Shown piece after piece: positions 21,086 through 34,649 of a stretch of DNA of 64,000 nt (positions within the stretch are counted from its first letter, which is position 1; the number at the start of each line of letters is the position of its first letter). The stretch covers positions 124,001-188,000 of the forward strand of contig MNCI01003467.1 in NCBI GenBank assembly GCA_015680685.1. Reading direction: 5' to 3'. A model generated the notes under the pieces. That model saw only the letters and a program-made list of their open reading frames with translations, searched no databases and was not told the origin of the DNA. Source of the stretch: Gnetum montanum. Its lineage: Eukaryota > Plantae > Gnetophyta. Position numbers and translations under genes: made by a program.

Positions 21086-22884
21086 ACATCAACAAAAAAA
21101 ATCTCTAAAATAAGATTAACTAAAATATAAGTTAAAATGACACCACGAAAGATCAATACATAAACAAAATAAGTATCATGCTTTTCATTAAATCATAAAC
21201 AAATTACATAGTCTAGGGATACATCCACATCAAAAGATACAAAATTTCCCAACAATATGGCTACATCTCAAATATTTTAATGAGTATTAATGGGAAGCTA
21301 AGGCTCTTCCCCTCCATCTTTATCTGTTGCTCTACTAGGTCCTACGCCTTCACCTAAATTCTATGTAAAATAGAGACAAAATGATAAACTAGTCAATAAA
21401 AAGGATAACATGTGAAAATAGATAGAAATAAAGTAAATTTAACCAACCTAAGATGGGCCCATGTTCATGTCTAGGGACAAACTATTAAGGCCAGCCTCTA
21501 AGCATCAAAGAATTTCCTCATTTGTCATATTTGCCCAATCCTCCTCTCCTAGGTCAATGCCTTTGAGGGTCTTTCCTTTTTCCATGGCCATCAATACAGG
21601 TAGCCTTGGAGAAAATGTAGCAAATATAACCTCTCCAAAAGGAACAATGATTTCCCTCTTCGAGGACTCACTGACCACCAAGTATTTTGGAAGCCTATTG
21701 TAAGCCTATGTCACATTGATGGCATCAAGGAATAGGTCATGATCTTAGCATTCCATAGACTTATCTCTATATTTCTTATGATAGGATGCATGTTCCATTT
21801 TTTACTAATACTTTTGGTTCTTCTGATTCTATCCCCACTCATATACCTTGATGTTGTAGTCCTTCTAGTCTTTGTTCTTTTGAGCTAAGAGGTCCATTTT
21901 CAAGCATTTCTCAATAACCTTGCATGTCACCTCATTTTTGCCCCTAACGACTGATCAATATCTAACATAGTCAATCATAGCCATATACTAGCTACCATCT
22001 AATTTATTGTAGGCCATCAAAAACTTGTACCATTATTGCAATTCTTCTAGTTGAGTTGCCTAGCTTGCCTTCTATTCTTTGAGTCTTTGCACTCATTTCC
22101 AGAGGTCTTCGTTCACATGCCTACACTCCCATAGTGATTGGGCTGAGTGCAGTGTGTACTTTCTTGCCTTGTCATATATATAAAAAGGAACCTATTTTAC
22201 CTTAGGAGGCAACTCAGGAAAAACATCAACTTGGACAACCCCTCGTGGATCACATTTGAGTCATAAGGCTATTATACCAAAGAGGGGAAACATTAGTTGT
22301 AAGACAAAGATAAAAATAAAAAAAACATAACAACAAAGAAAAAAATAAAAATCTAAATATATGTATCTTAGGATCTATCTATTTCAAATGGTTAATCATT
22401 TCATCCACTATGCCATTCATGAAGGAAAACTTATTTGGGGTTTCTACCAACGGTTGTGAGTAGAAGGTGGATGAAGATTTAGGATGCTTAGTGGAAGCAT
22501 CACTTGCTATAAGATAAAAAGTGTTAGCATTGTCAAAACAAAACATAAAAAAATGGTAAAGTAAAAAGAAGAGGAAGACAAAGAAGAAGGAGAGGAAGAT
22601 CATAATGAAAAATGGTGGTGCAAAGCTCCTACTCAACAAACCCTTAGAAGTGAGAGCGGGGGGATCACCCATATTTCCATCTTCAAACAAAAACTCAAAC
22701 ATACCATCGTCAAATTTTAGCCCCTCCACTTTGAGCTACCTCAAGATTTTGGTGGTGTCTTCATTTGTTATGTGTCCCTCAATCTGATGGACATCTTATG
22801 CTATGGGCTTCCCTTCTCTTGAGGGCTCCTCTTCTTTGACAATAGCCTCTTCCTAATCTATGTTGCATAAACTAGAGTTAGAAC

Positions 22885-22887
<3 letters not shown>

Positions 22888-22924
<37 letters not shown>
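22888..22924. repeat. (TC)n microsatellite inside an intron of the antisense gene
   Basis: About 18 TC units within predicted intron 22858-22988. Confidence 0.95.
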
Positions 22925-22926
<2 letters not shown>

Positions 22927-24974
22927 TTATATATACTTACTAGTAAACTTTGACTATGTATCATTGACTCTGAGATGTAACTTCTTACCCCTTATTTCAA
23001 TTTTGTGCATGGGCACCTCTACATGGTGAGGCTTCTTGATTTGCAGCTTTGATCTTACCATCCTAGTGATGAGTTATTCCCCTCTCATTGCATTTCCTAT
23101 GTTCATGGAAGGAGCCTCCCTAGCACTATCATGCATACAGTAGGATGGTCCTACCTGGCACTTGGTGATTATAGAAAAGGACTTGCCAATAGCCTCTGGG
23201 GGGCCTTCTGACCGTGTTGTATGGAACAAATGGTAGATGCATGGCTTGGATATCTAGGTCTGATCTTGCACCATCCATATCCCATTTTCATGGACCACTA
23301 GAAATTTCACAAACCTCATCAAGAATGCTATGAAAAATGAAAAATGTACATGAGAGCATGCCTTGAGGTTGCTGTGGAATTTAATTATTTTGACTCATAC
23401 ACCATTAGTAAGGTATTTGGCCCAATTGTGTCATGTCCCCACCTCCACTAAGTCCCTCATAATCCAAGCCTGCTCTACCTTAAGAACCTTTCCTTAGAAA
23501 AGTAGCTTAGGAAATGCATGAGTTTGAAAGATGAGGTAGAGGTGTTGGACCACCAAAAATTTTACCAACTTGATGGGAATGCCTTTGCAGCCTTTCTCAG
23601 TGCCTAGCCACTCTTCAATGTCCTCTTTATGGTTTAAATCCTTGTTCATATTTTCAGCTACAAGTAAACCTTTAGAGGGAACACCAAATAGATCTAAAAA
23701 GAGGTCATATATGATCTCCAAGACCACCCACACATTGTGAACTTGCATGTGGAAGTGATTAGCACTCTTCATGAAAGAGTCAACAAGGGAAATCATCTCT
23801 ACTATTAGGATGCTTGGGTTCACAGCCAAAAAGAGGTCCATGAGCTCAACCTATTGAACATTTTGGGTAATCTTTATTGGGGCCTTGTGGCAAAACTAGT
23901 GCTATGAACCATCAACCTCAACATACTTGAAAAGAAGATTGGCCTCAGTGCATTTTGAGACAATCACTATGACCTTCCTAGACTTGGCCATAGCTGCAGT
24001 AAATAGAATAGAATCAGCAATGTGATGGAAATGTAAAAATAAAAAATGTATGAAAATAAACTAAATGGGTGACAACTTACTTGGCACAAACGATGTGGGA
24101 AATTGCGGTATTTGGATTGAAACTTCTTCCATAGTGGGTATCCAGGATGTCCACTCAACATCCAACCACGTGAGATCTTGGCACCTCACATAGGATTTGG
24201 AGTACTTAGTAGGGTAATTCATCATATCTACCTCAATTTTTCCTATGACACTAGCACACATGTTCTTAGCGGATGAGAACTCTTACGGGGCTATTTGTAC
24301 TAGGGCTAATGTCCCTTCTCTATCATGAAGGATATCTTCATCAATAAAAAATCTGATGATAGGAAAAAAGGTAATAAGCATTCCAAGTCATGAGATAAAA
24401 AAAATTCATCATCACAATAGGGCTCACCCTCCAACATAGTAAACTATTCCAAATGGGTTCTAGAAGGTCATGCCTACATGGTGGGTAATTAATACAATAT
24501 TGTATTTATGATAACACTTGAACTTGAGCATCTCTTAGATCTAAGACAAGGGTCTAAGACCTCTTAGGGATTGACTTGAGCTCCTTTCCTCTTCACCTTT
24601 AACAAGTTCATCTGACATGAATTTTAAAATGCCTCAGTTTACCTCAAGTAACAACATTTCAACTAGCACACCTGCTACTTTAGCGGACAAGTGTGACCAC
24701 ATCACACATGAAAGTGGTGAAGTAGGAGTTCCAAGAATTCCTATGTACCTTCCCAAAACAACACTGCCTGGTGTCCTATGCCTACATGTGGTGTAAGGAC
24801 ATTAGGCATGGGATTTCTCATACAACATAAGATCCCTATTAGTTCAACCATGACCAAGGTAGGTTTCAGTAGGACCCTACATTGCCACAATAATGAAAAC
24901 ATCAGTGTCAAAAAAGGAGCAATAAAACAACAAAAGTAATAGAAAAATAATGCATGAAATAATAAACAAAAATT

Positions 24975-25420
24975 TTGAAAAATTTTCTAACTGTTGGTTA
25001 CACTCCTGCAAAGTGTAACACTTTTTGAACAAAATTTTTCTAACTATTTGTCATGCTCCCAAGGATTGTAATAGCTATGGAACAACTAGAAAAGAGTAAA
25101 AAAAATTTCGAAGTATCAATCACACTCCCAGTGAGCATGAAAACTGGATAGTCTAATAGAAAATGTTGCACAAATTTTTCAAGTGTTTTCCATGCTCCTA
25201 GGGATCATGACAACTATAAATGATGAGCAAAAATTTAAAAACAATTTCTAAGTCTTGGTGACACTCCCAAGGAGCGTGAAAATAGTAGAATGTGCAAAAA
25301 TTTTCCAAGTGTTGGTCACACTCCCAGGGAGCATGACAATAGGAAAATGTGCAAAATTTTCCAAGTGTAGAATGTAGCAGTCCCAAAATTTTTTTCTAAC
25401 CTTTTAGTCACACTCTCAAG
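24975..25420. repeat. ~50-60 bp degenerate tandem repeat in intron 1 of the antisense gene
   Basis: Repeated aaaattttc(c/t)aagtgttggtcacactccca(a/g)ggagc(a/g)tga, about 8 units. Confidence 0.8.
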
Positions 25421-26154
25421 AATTCCCTAGAGCTTAACAACTGGCACAGGACACCTATGAAACCCTTGTCCCATCCCACCACATGGAACACACAAAGACC
25501 CTTGTTACACGACATGGGATGTGGAGCACCCAAGATCATCTCAATGTGCTATGCTTAGTGGTACATGTATAACCCTTGTCCTGTCCTACCCCATGTAGCA
25601 CAACAAAATCCTTGCCCCATCCCATGGCACTTAACACCTAGAAATCCATGACAAACCCTTTCCTAGCACCGTAGCATAAGCTGCCATCAAACCCAAAAAA
25701 ATGCACATAAACACAAAGATCCATGATGTGCACTCCCTCCCTTCCCAACCGTGACAGCAGCGATGACAGCTATGGCACAGTGGCTATAGAAATAGACCCT
25801 AACCATGGTAGGTTACCCCATAAACCACACAACCCCAAAGCACAAACATGTGGGAAGCAGAAAATAGAATGCAAAAATCATGAGAGTAAGGTATGATGGC
25901 ATACTTGGTAGATGGTGCCTCTTGGCTCTCTTTGATGCACACCCTAGGGAGACATCGCAAGGTGCACTTGCCTTCATCAATGTTTGCTAGGCCAAGGTGT
26001 CTATGTTTGCTCATACATGTCATCTTCTCACTGTCAAGCTCTAGCTCTTCTGTTGTCACACTCTGTGGGTGATACGCTCTACTTTGGCCATGCTACACTT
26101 GGATGAATATTGGCTCTAATGATGAAAATGATAGGTTTACCATGGGTAAACACC

Positions 26155-26162
26155 TATTTATA
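26155..26162 (-). promoter_or_regulatory. Candidate TATA box of the antisense gene
   Basis: Minus-strand TATAAATA about 130 nt upstream of the conserved ATG at 26023, just upstream of where the RT coding region begins on the plus strand. Confidence 0.55.
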
Positions 26163-26353
26163 CCCTTCAAGGTCAAATGACATGTCACTCTTCTGGGATG
26201 TCCTATGTCTCACACATAACGTGCAATGCCCTATGTCTTGTGCATAATGTGGAATGTCCCATGTTCCACGTAGTGTAACATCTAGAGTTAGAAATCTTTT
26301 TTAACTTTTTTAGTATTTTACACTCAGAAATATTTTTACATTTTTTCTACTTC

Positions 26354-28225
26354 CCAGTTAAACAAAAGGCTCATAAAATCAATCCTAAGATTGCATTGGC
26401 CATCCACAATAAAATCACTAAACTTTACCAAATCAGTTTCATTCGGACAGTTGACTATGCAAACTAGGTTTCAAACATTGTAGTTGTCCCCAAGAAAAAT
26501 GGAGGTATATGCATTTGCATAGACTTCCAAGACCTAAATAAGTCAACCATTAAAGATGATTTCTGATTACCTAGTATTGACCAACTTGTTGATACTATGA
26601 CTGGTCATGCCTTGTTGTCCTTCGTGGACATATTCTCTAGGTACAACCAAATTTGCATCAACCCAAAGCACCAACTTACCACTACTTTCGTGACCCCTTG
26701 GGGGAAATTTTGTTATACAATAATTCCCTTTGGATTAAAGAACGCAAGAGCAACATATCAACATGCAATGACATACATCTTTAGTGACTATTTGCTATAA
26801 TTGCTTAATGACTATGTTGACAACATAGTAGTTAAGTCCAAAATGGCTCATGACCACATGAATGACTTGGACTGTGTCCTTAAATGTTTCCGTAGACATG
26901 ACCTTAGGCTTAATCCCAAAAAGTGTGTCTTTGTATTTAAAATTGATCGCATGTTAGGCTTTGTGGTATCAGAAACAAGAATACACGTAGACCCCAACAA
27001 GGTTAATGCTATCACCAACTTGGAACCACCAGCAAACCTTAAGGAGCTATGAGGATTACAAGGTAGGATACAATTCATACATTGATTTATCACAAGGTTG
27101 ACTAATAAGTTACAACCAATGCAACATATACTTAAAAAAGGGATCAACTTTGAGTCAACAACTCAATGCCAAGAGGCATTCAAAAACTTAAAAAAGAAGC
27201 TAGTTCAACTTCCAATAGTTTATCCTTCAAAAAGAGATAAACCTTTCTACATCTACCTTACAACCTTAGATACATCCATTGCTTCCCTGCTTTATCAAAA
27301 GCAAGACGATGGTTCTAAGGTTCCTCTTTACTACCTAAGCCATGCATTAGTAGCACATGAGGGAAAGTATAATGTTATGGAGAAAAACTATCTTTCCTTA
27401 GTCTTTGCACTTAAAAAATGGAGACACTACCTTTTCCATAGTCAAGTTAATGTCATTTGCAAAAGTAACGTACTTAGGGATGTTACAACAAACATATATG
27501 AAAGTAGTATAATAGCAAGATGGAAGGCAATAACCATGGAATTTGATCAAGATTACATAGTATAGGTGTCCATGAAAGATCAAGCAATAGCTACCTAACT
27601 CATGGCTTCACCCATAGACAATCAAGCAATGATAGATCCAAAATTCTTGGATGAGCATGTTAGTAGTATAAGCCAAGTACCTAAAAATATCAAGGCCATT
27701 TTACGCTTTGATGGTGCTTCAACCACACAAGTTGGTAGTGTCACTGCTATTATCACATTTTCTTCTAGAGAGATCTGACCCTTCACATACCACTTTGCAT
27801 TTCTTTGTACAAAAAACATGGCAGAGTACAAAGGTCTCCTTAGATGCATCTTAGTAGCTCAAGAGTTAGGCATTGAAAACATAGTAATCTGAGGTGACTC
27901 AGAGCTCGTTATTAACCAAATCATAGATGTGTATGCTTGTAAAGCACAACAAGTACAACCTTACTGTGATTTGGCAAAACACTTGCTTAAAAAATTTGCA
28001 AGCATAGATGTCCAACATATCCCCTGCAACAAAAATGTCATAGCTGATGCACTAGCTACATTAGCCTTAAGCATATCATCGAACATGTTCTCTACTTTTC
28101 CTACATAAATAGTGGATTGCACTGAACCTATAATTCACACAACAAGCATTGCATCCATAGGCACAACTCATGTCCAAGAATGGTACAATGACATCAAGGC
28201 ATACATCCAACAAGGAGAGCCCCCA
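26354..28225 (+). pseudogene. pol: RT - RNase H - aRH of element B, truncated at the start of integrase
   Basis: PVKQ, VVVPKKNGGICICIDFQDLNK, PFGLKNARATYQ, YVDN (YVDD site), LNPKKCVF, YYLSHAL...EKNYLSLVFALKKWRHYL; aRH FDGAST...AEY...GDSELVINQ...NVIADALA. Confidence 0.92.
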
Positions 28226-28227
28226 CA

Positions 28228-28615
28228 TTGATGTTAAACTAGCACAAAATTTCCACTATGATGTTAAACTAGCACAAAACATTCACTATGACATTAAACT
28301 AGAATAGACACCACTATGATGTTAAACTGGCATAGGACGTCTGCTATGACATTAAACTAGCACAAACATCCACTATGACATTCAACTAGCATAGAATGTC
28401 CTTGGGCTATGACACTAAACTGGAACCCATAGCATGGTTTGCTCTAACCTGAAACTTACCAACCACTATCTGCTATGACATTAAACTAGCATAGTGCTCT
28501 GTTGGGAGATTAAACTGGCACATCATGGTCTGCCCAGACCATAAACTAGGATCACAGTCTATTGGAACCTTAAACTAGCATAACTAGTGATCTCCCAAGA
28601 CCTAAAACTAGGTTC
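28228..28615. repeat. ~28 bp tandem repeat in the 3' UTR of element B
   Basis: Repeated ctatgacattaaactagcaca units; homologous to 6813-7270. The downstream 28720-28860 matches the reverse complement of 6600-6740. Confidence 0.85.
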
Positions 28616-28949
28616 GCGATTCAGCACCTCTAGTCCAACATATATGGTTTTGTGAACAAGAAAGTGAGAATACTTCCAAAATTCCATTCCTTTCCCACAC
28701 CTCTTAAGTAGGATGGGGTGAGGCATTGCAATTCTAGAATGAAGTTCACATTGTTAAGGAAAAATCCTCTAGGAAATTTGCAGCATTACCATCCCTACCA
28801 TCTTGCTGATCTTTTGGAGATGCCATTTGGCATCTTTATAATCTTCCAAAGCCATTTGACATCAATGCACTTCACCTAATTGGACCATTGGCACACATCA
28901 CCAGATGTTAATGGTGTAATTATGGCATGACAGGCTCATAGTTGCAGCA

Positions 28950-29712
28950 TTGCAGACTCACAGTCACAATAATCATGCACGTCCAATGGTCATACTGACA
29001 TGTAGCATGAGCAAACCAACAAAGTCCCAGGCCACATGGCATCCAAACCGCCCCTTTCGCATGCCTTTGGTCCTATAAATACCCCAATGAGCAGCATTCA
29101 AAGGGTTTGAATTTTTTTCAAGTTCCTGACTTTTCCTCTTTCTAGCACTCAAGTTCTCCTCCTGGCACATTGTAACATCGAGCATTATGTAAGCTTTCTA
29201 TTTGACACTACAAAAAGTTAGCATTCTCAGCTACCATTTCATTTTGTTTCCCTTTCTACCACCTTAGTAGAACTCCCACATTGTCAGCACCTAAGTTCAT
29301 GCCCAAGCATACAACCTACTTTGCTCTACACATCCTAGTTACTCTCAGGATATTTGCACTCTGTCACGCTATGCAACTAACTGTATCCACCCTTACAAAG
29401 CAAACTTGTAGCTTCGAAGCAATGAATTTTTCTTACATTTTACTTTGTTTCCTGCTTATTGTCATGTGTTGCATTATTTTCTGCTTTATTTAATTCAAGT
29501 ATTACTTTGCATTCTCGCCCCCATTTTCAAATTATATGTTGTAAAAGGCTATATAGATGCCGATTAAGTCCTTGTCTAATCGACAAGATCATTCAAGGTG
29601 CCTTGTATTTGCACACACACCTAGCATGGACCTCCCACAGGTACGGGGTCAATACTATCATGCCCACTGACCCCTCAGTGTTTTCCAGTCGCCGACATTT
29701 TTGATCGCTACA
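28950..29712 (+). repeat. 5'-truncated 3' LTR of element B (left boundary approximate)
   Basis: CCTATAAATACCCC(A)ATGAGCA..CAAAGGGTTTG matches the TATA region of the C LTR; ends TTTTGATCGCTACA. Confidence 0.75.
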
Positions 29713-30723
29713 CAAGGGTACTTATAGGGCTAGGGTTAGCCCAAAATATGGATCAGGTGCCATGTGGTAGTGCAGTAGATGGGACATAGGATGCTATCTA
29801 CTATGTTCATCCTATTTTATGCATAGGACACAGGACATTATCTGCTATGCTCATCGCATGTTACACGTAGGATATAGGGCACTATCTACTAGGCTTGTCC
29901 CATGTTACGTGTAGAACATGGGACGCTGGCTATTGGGCTTTTCCTGTGTTATGTGTAGGACACAAGATGTTAGCTGCTAACCTTGTCCCATGTTATGTGC
30001 AAGACATAGGATGTTGGCCGCTGGACTTGTCCTATGTTACATGTAGGACACGACACGCTATCTACTAGGCTTGTCCCGTGTTACACGCAGGACACGGGAT
30101 GTTGGCTGCTGGGCTAGTCTCATGTTACACGCAAGACATAGGACACTAGCTAGGTATGTTATGCTATGCTACATTGCACAGCATGACAGGGTCCTATGCT
30201 ATGCTACACTGAATAGCATGATAGGGTGCTATGTTGCGCTACGCTACATAGCGTAACATGGTGCTATGTTGTGCTATGTTACACATCGTGACATGGTGCT
30301 ACGTTATGCTATATTGCATAGCGTGACAAGGTGCTACGCTGTGCTATGCTATGCAGTGTGACATGTGTGCTACACTATGTTATGCTACATAGTGTGACAT
30401 GGTGCTATGTTGCACAGCGTGACATGGTGCTACGCTACACAGCATGACAGGGTGTTACACTGTGCTATGCTACATAGCATGACATGGTGCTACACTACGC
30501 TACATTACGTAGCTTGACATGGTGCTATGTTGTGCTATGCTACACAATGTAACATCTATGTAGAAAGTACCATCATTTGACACTTAGAAAATTTTTTGCA
30601 AATCTAGAAGTTGTAGGTGACCACACTCAACACTTAGAAAATATTTGGGCAAAGTGCCACCATTTTGACACTTGGCCAAATTTGTAGTCAAGATGTTGAG
30701 ACCTGAAATTTTGTGGAGTTTCA
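29713..30723 (-). repeat. U3 part of a family-1 LTR, cut just after its TATA box by element B
   Basis: The minus strand starts TGAAACTCCACAAAATTTCAGG and reaches TTTTGGGCTAACCCTAGCCCTATAAGTACC, both matching 404-740. It contains ~45-bp repeats (29780-30150) and pentamer repeats. Confidence 0.8.
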
Positions 30724-30799
30724 ATATCTATGATCCAAATGATCCCATAATCATATAATAAAGGTAATCACTTAAGAAAAGAGGTAAAAATCTAGATTT

Positions 30800-33700
30800 C
30801 ATTGTTATTAATGAGGAGATCTACAAATTATTGTATGTCAGGATACAAGTCAATCTATTAATATCATGCTCTGAATTTGATGCTAAGAATCAATTCAAAA
30901 TCATACATTGGGATGGAAAATCATATATCCCATCCCTTTATGACCAAATCCCCTTCATATACTTTTATGCATAAATGGTCATACAAATCATAGAGGTTGA
31001 TGGGTTCAAAGAATTGGCAAGAAGAGGAAAATAACTTTAAGACCAAACAAGAGCTAGACACCTTCATTGGATGTCTTTTCCAATCTTTAGCTTCACAAAC
31101 AACCACATTCAAATGCACATATTTTGCCTCATCAATGGAACAAGTCCCTCAATCCAACTCTCCTTCTATCCATCCTATCATGTTTGGGTCTACATCCATC
31201 ATTGCCACACACTAGAGAAAACCTATATCTCAGTCCATCTTCTTATTCTCATTGATGTCTTTTTCCACACAACCTAACTCCATTCATCCATCCATGGTGA
31301 TGTCTACCTCATCATCTTCCTTTGAAATACTAATGAAATCCTTATTAGGACCCCAAGTAACACAAACCTCTCATACCCATTTCATCCCCTTTATGCTTCG
31401 AGCTCCAACACAAACATCTTTCTTCTTATTTTTTTCACCTATAACCACCATAACCCAAGCTCTCCCTTTGATACACCATCAACACAAGCAATGTAGTCCA
31501 CAAGGATGTCCTAAGTCCTGGATCAAGCCTTTCAAATGAACCAAGACCTTATTGAAGGACTATGAAAACTTAAGTCCAATATAACTTAGATGGTCAAGGT
31601 TCTATATTTCTACATAGGTGATCTGATAAGCCCTATGGTACCTCAACTAGCCTTTCTTGCAAGCATGCCCATTTCAAATTTCACCAAATACAATGGTGAA
31701 GGGGATCCCAATGCACATCTAGTAACATTCTAGTCTAAGTGGTCTTTTTGCAAGCTTTGTCTCATATGATATTGAGAATTTTCTCCATGTTCCTCAAGGT
31801 TAAAGCTCTAGATTATTATTGACCTTGCTTAGAGGTTCTATAACTTCCCTTGAGGACTTGATTAACTAATTTTTTAACTACTTCAAATAAAACTTGAAGT
31901 CAAATGTTACATTGTATCAATTGATGAAGATGAGGCAAGGGCCACTTGAACTAGTCAAAAGTTTCATTCAAAGGTGGAATTCAACACTCAACAAGATCCT
32001 AGATCCTATTGCTAAAATCCACTTCTTGGCCTTATACAAGGGAGTAGTAAATAATTTTATCAAGTCAAACCTTTACTACCTATAGCCCCTATCACTAACC
32101 AAATCCTTCTTACAAATTAAGAACTTTAAGGAGGTAGTTGAATCAAGTAATGACCCAGACTACATGGCTTATAAAAACCAACATGCAAGGAGGGATAGGG
32201 ATAAAATTGAAAAATAGCACACAATTATGGCTACAATGACAAAGGATTCAAAACAAAGGGAGAGGTAAGGGTCACCATCATGTAACACATCTTCTGACTC
32301 ATCCCACCCATCCATTTCCTACACTCCAAATAAACCAAGACCAAACTTTGAGTGGAAGGATAGGTCTAAGTATACTAGGTTTTTTTAAAAGCCCTATAAG
32401 CTCTTAGAAAACTTTCTGAGGAATAACCATATACAACATAAGAAACTATCTAAAGATTCTCATAAGAGGCATGATTACCTTTGTCACATAGCTAGAGATC
32501 CAATGATAGCTAGCAAAGATGATCTCAAGCTACTAAAGTACTTCAATCTACATAGGTATTGTTATTATCATTAAATGGTTGGTCATAACACTAATGTTTT
32601 CCTAGAATTAAAAGATGACATCAAAAAGATGATAAACTATGGAGAGTTTTTAGTGAATGTGCCCAACTCTCCAAGAGCCAACAACTCCTATACTGAAGCC
32701 TCATTCATAGAAACCAAATGGTCTAATCTTCCTATGGAACTGTCTATCATCAAGATGCCACCATGATCACAAAAGACAAATCCTAGAGAGTTATTTTTCA
32801 TATGGGTACCACCTCCTCTAGTCCCTAAGAAGCTTCATCATACGTGTTCCCCCTTCAATGGCTTCAACATCACAACATAATCAATGAGTTGTTAATCCTC
32901 CAAAGCCTAGGGAACCATTTGTTATCTAATTCACTCCATCTTCAACAAGAAAAACCACAACAACACATGATCAAAGCTGACCCATAGTGACCCACAACTC
33001 AAAGGTTAGCAAGAAACCATCATCACAATGATGATAAAAATAAACTATTGCTAAACTAGCAACAAGGTCCATTGAAGTCAACCAATAATAAAAGGCTTTG
33101 AAACAACCTACACCAAGACTAGTTACACCTATGAACAAGGGGCCCAAAGCACATACATCATAACCCAAGTCACAAACTCTAAGAAGGATGAAGGAGGTTA
33201 GAACCACCAAGGCTAAAACATCACATGTCAAAGGAAATATCTTCCTTGTGATAATGGAGCAAGCCAAATGATCATTAAGCAAAAGAACATGTTGACACAC
33301 CTATATAACCTAGTCATGACTTCTCTTGCATATAGAAATGCACTAGCTCAAGTATTAACATCTATCCCTATGAGTAGAGACATGTCTACCAATAGAGAGT
33401 TGATTTATTCTATCATTGAGTAAGCTTCACTTAGAGAAAATAGGCATCAACCAATGCTCAACTTTCATAATAGTGAAGTGAAAATTAACTCTTGAAATGA
33501 AGAAGTGTTCCTTATCATCATACATGTTGGAAAATACAAGATTCACCATGTTCATGTGGATGATGAGGTGGCCATGCATATGATACCATATTCCATTGTT
33601 AAATTAGGATTAACTAAAAATATCCAAGTGACCACTACCTCAACGCTTAAGTCATTTAATGGCTAAAAAGTAGTAGTGCAAGATTTGATCACTTTGAATT

Positions 33701-34150
33701 TTGTGGTTGGTGAGCAATTTTCTACATCTACTAACTTCCTAGTAGTTGAAGAGAAACCTAGATTTAACATAATCCTAGGAATACCATGGTTGGCAAAGCT
33801 TCAAGCAGTTTCATCTTCTATACATCAGGAGATTCACTAGTCATATGAAGGTGGGAAAATTATGATCTATGGTGACAATGTGTCACTACCATTAGTTAAC
33901 TATGTCAACATTAACTAAGGCTCAGAGGTAGAGTTTTAGAAGAAAACTACCAATACTTAGACTGGGGCCAACAACAAAGAAAAATAGTGAGGCTAATAAC
34001 ACCAACTCCATGATACTAAATGACAAAAAAAATGCATGTATATGATCATGCCAAGTAAGAGAGTTGATGAGCATAGGATTATGTGAAAAAGGTTCAATGA
34101 TTTGTCAAAGACCAAACAATGAGTTCCTAGCAAGCACCTTATCCTCTGTC
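30800..34150 (+). pseudogene. gag: gag-protease relic of an older Tat element (element D)
   Basis: FTKYNGEGDPNAHLVTF (31680); VKSFIQRWNSTLNKI; HVHVDDEVA...FNIILGIPWL (33540-33800). Confidence 0.85.
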
Positions 34151-34649
34151 TTGTAAAGGATCATCTATTCACTTTTGCAACATTTTATTATGCTTCACTA
34201 TTGGATTTATCCTTATATGTTCTTTTGAGAGCATTCCATGCTTACTGGGCAAGTATGGATCACTGCCTACTAAGGCCTAAAACTGGTGCTACATCCCACT
34301 AAGATTAGGAACTAGAAACCTTATGGCTTGCCAGTGCCTAAAACTAGAGAGCATAACAAACTCTTCATTTTACCCCTATACCAACATCATAGCTAATCTA
34401 CCAAATAGCATCATATGAGCATTTACTTATATGAGTATAACATGGTTCACAATTGTCGCTACAACTAGCTTTAGCTTATGATCTCATTACATTTACTATT
34501 TATGTTTATATGAAACATATAAAACATAAGAATTTAAAATTGACACCTAGTTGAAACCACACGACATGATGAGACAATTATATACACACATAAATGTCCA
34601 AAACCATAGTGGGACTATGCAACATTCAATGAAAAAAACAATATGTGGC

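Larger units (their letters stand above)
21298..26023 (-). pseudogene. Nine-exon spliced accessory gene antisense to element B (~1000 codons). Exons 26023-25905, 24876-24428, 24352-24081, 23993-23401, 23327-22989, 22857-22633, 22506-22363, 22268-21448, 21360-21298.
   Basis: Donors GTATGC, GTGAGC, GTAAGT, GTATGA, GTAAGA, GTAGGA, one decayed, GTTGGT, with YAG acceptors. Exon lengths match the C copy (119/119, 449/450, 272/275, 821/820). The ATG position is conserved. Confidence 0.8.
1369..29712 (+). mobile_element. Element B: decayed Tat-lineage Ty3/Gypsy element (gag-PR-[antisense gene]-RT-RH-aRH, integrase deleted), interrupted by element C
   Basis: The gag frame continues across the C insertion (...LSLYDLIMTS|PMHCKALVHVL, cf. 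LYNLVMTSLAYRNALAQVL at 33301). PR, RT, RH, aRH, 3' UTR repeats and an LTR 3' end (TCGCTACA, 29712) follow in order. Confidence 0.8.

Noticed and set aside
22379-22729. ORF with an apparent transmembrane helix (FFIMIFLSFFFVFLFFLL), suggesting an env protein
   Set aside because: The hydrophobic run is the translation of the T-rich intron 22507-22632. The same applies to 11702-11911.
20676-26357. Specific sense-strand intron CAG|GTTAGG ... TTCCCAG| joining PR to RT
   Set aside because: The donor is phase 0 and the acceptor phase 1, so the join is out of frame, and the donor is not conserved in C. Kept only as an open question.
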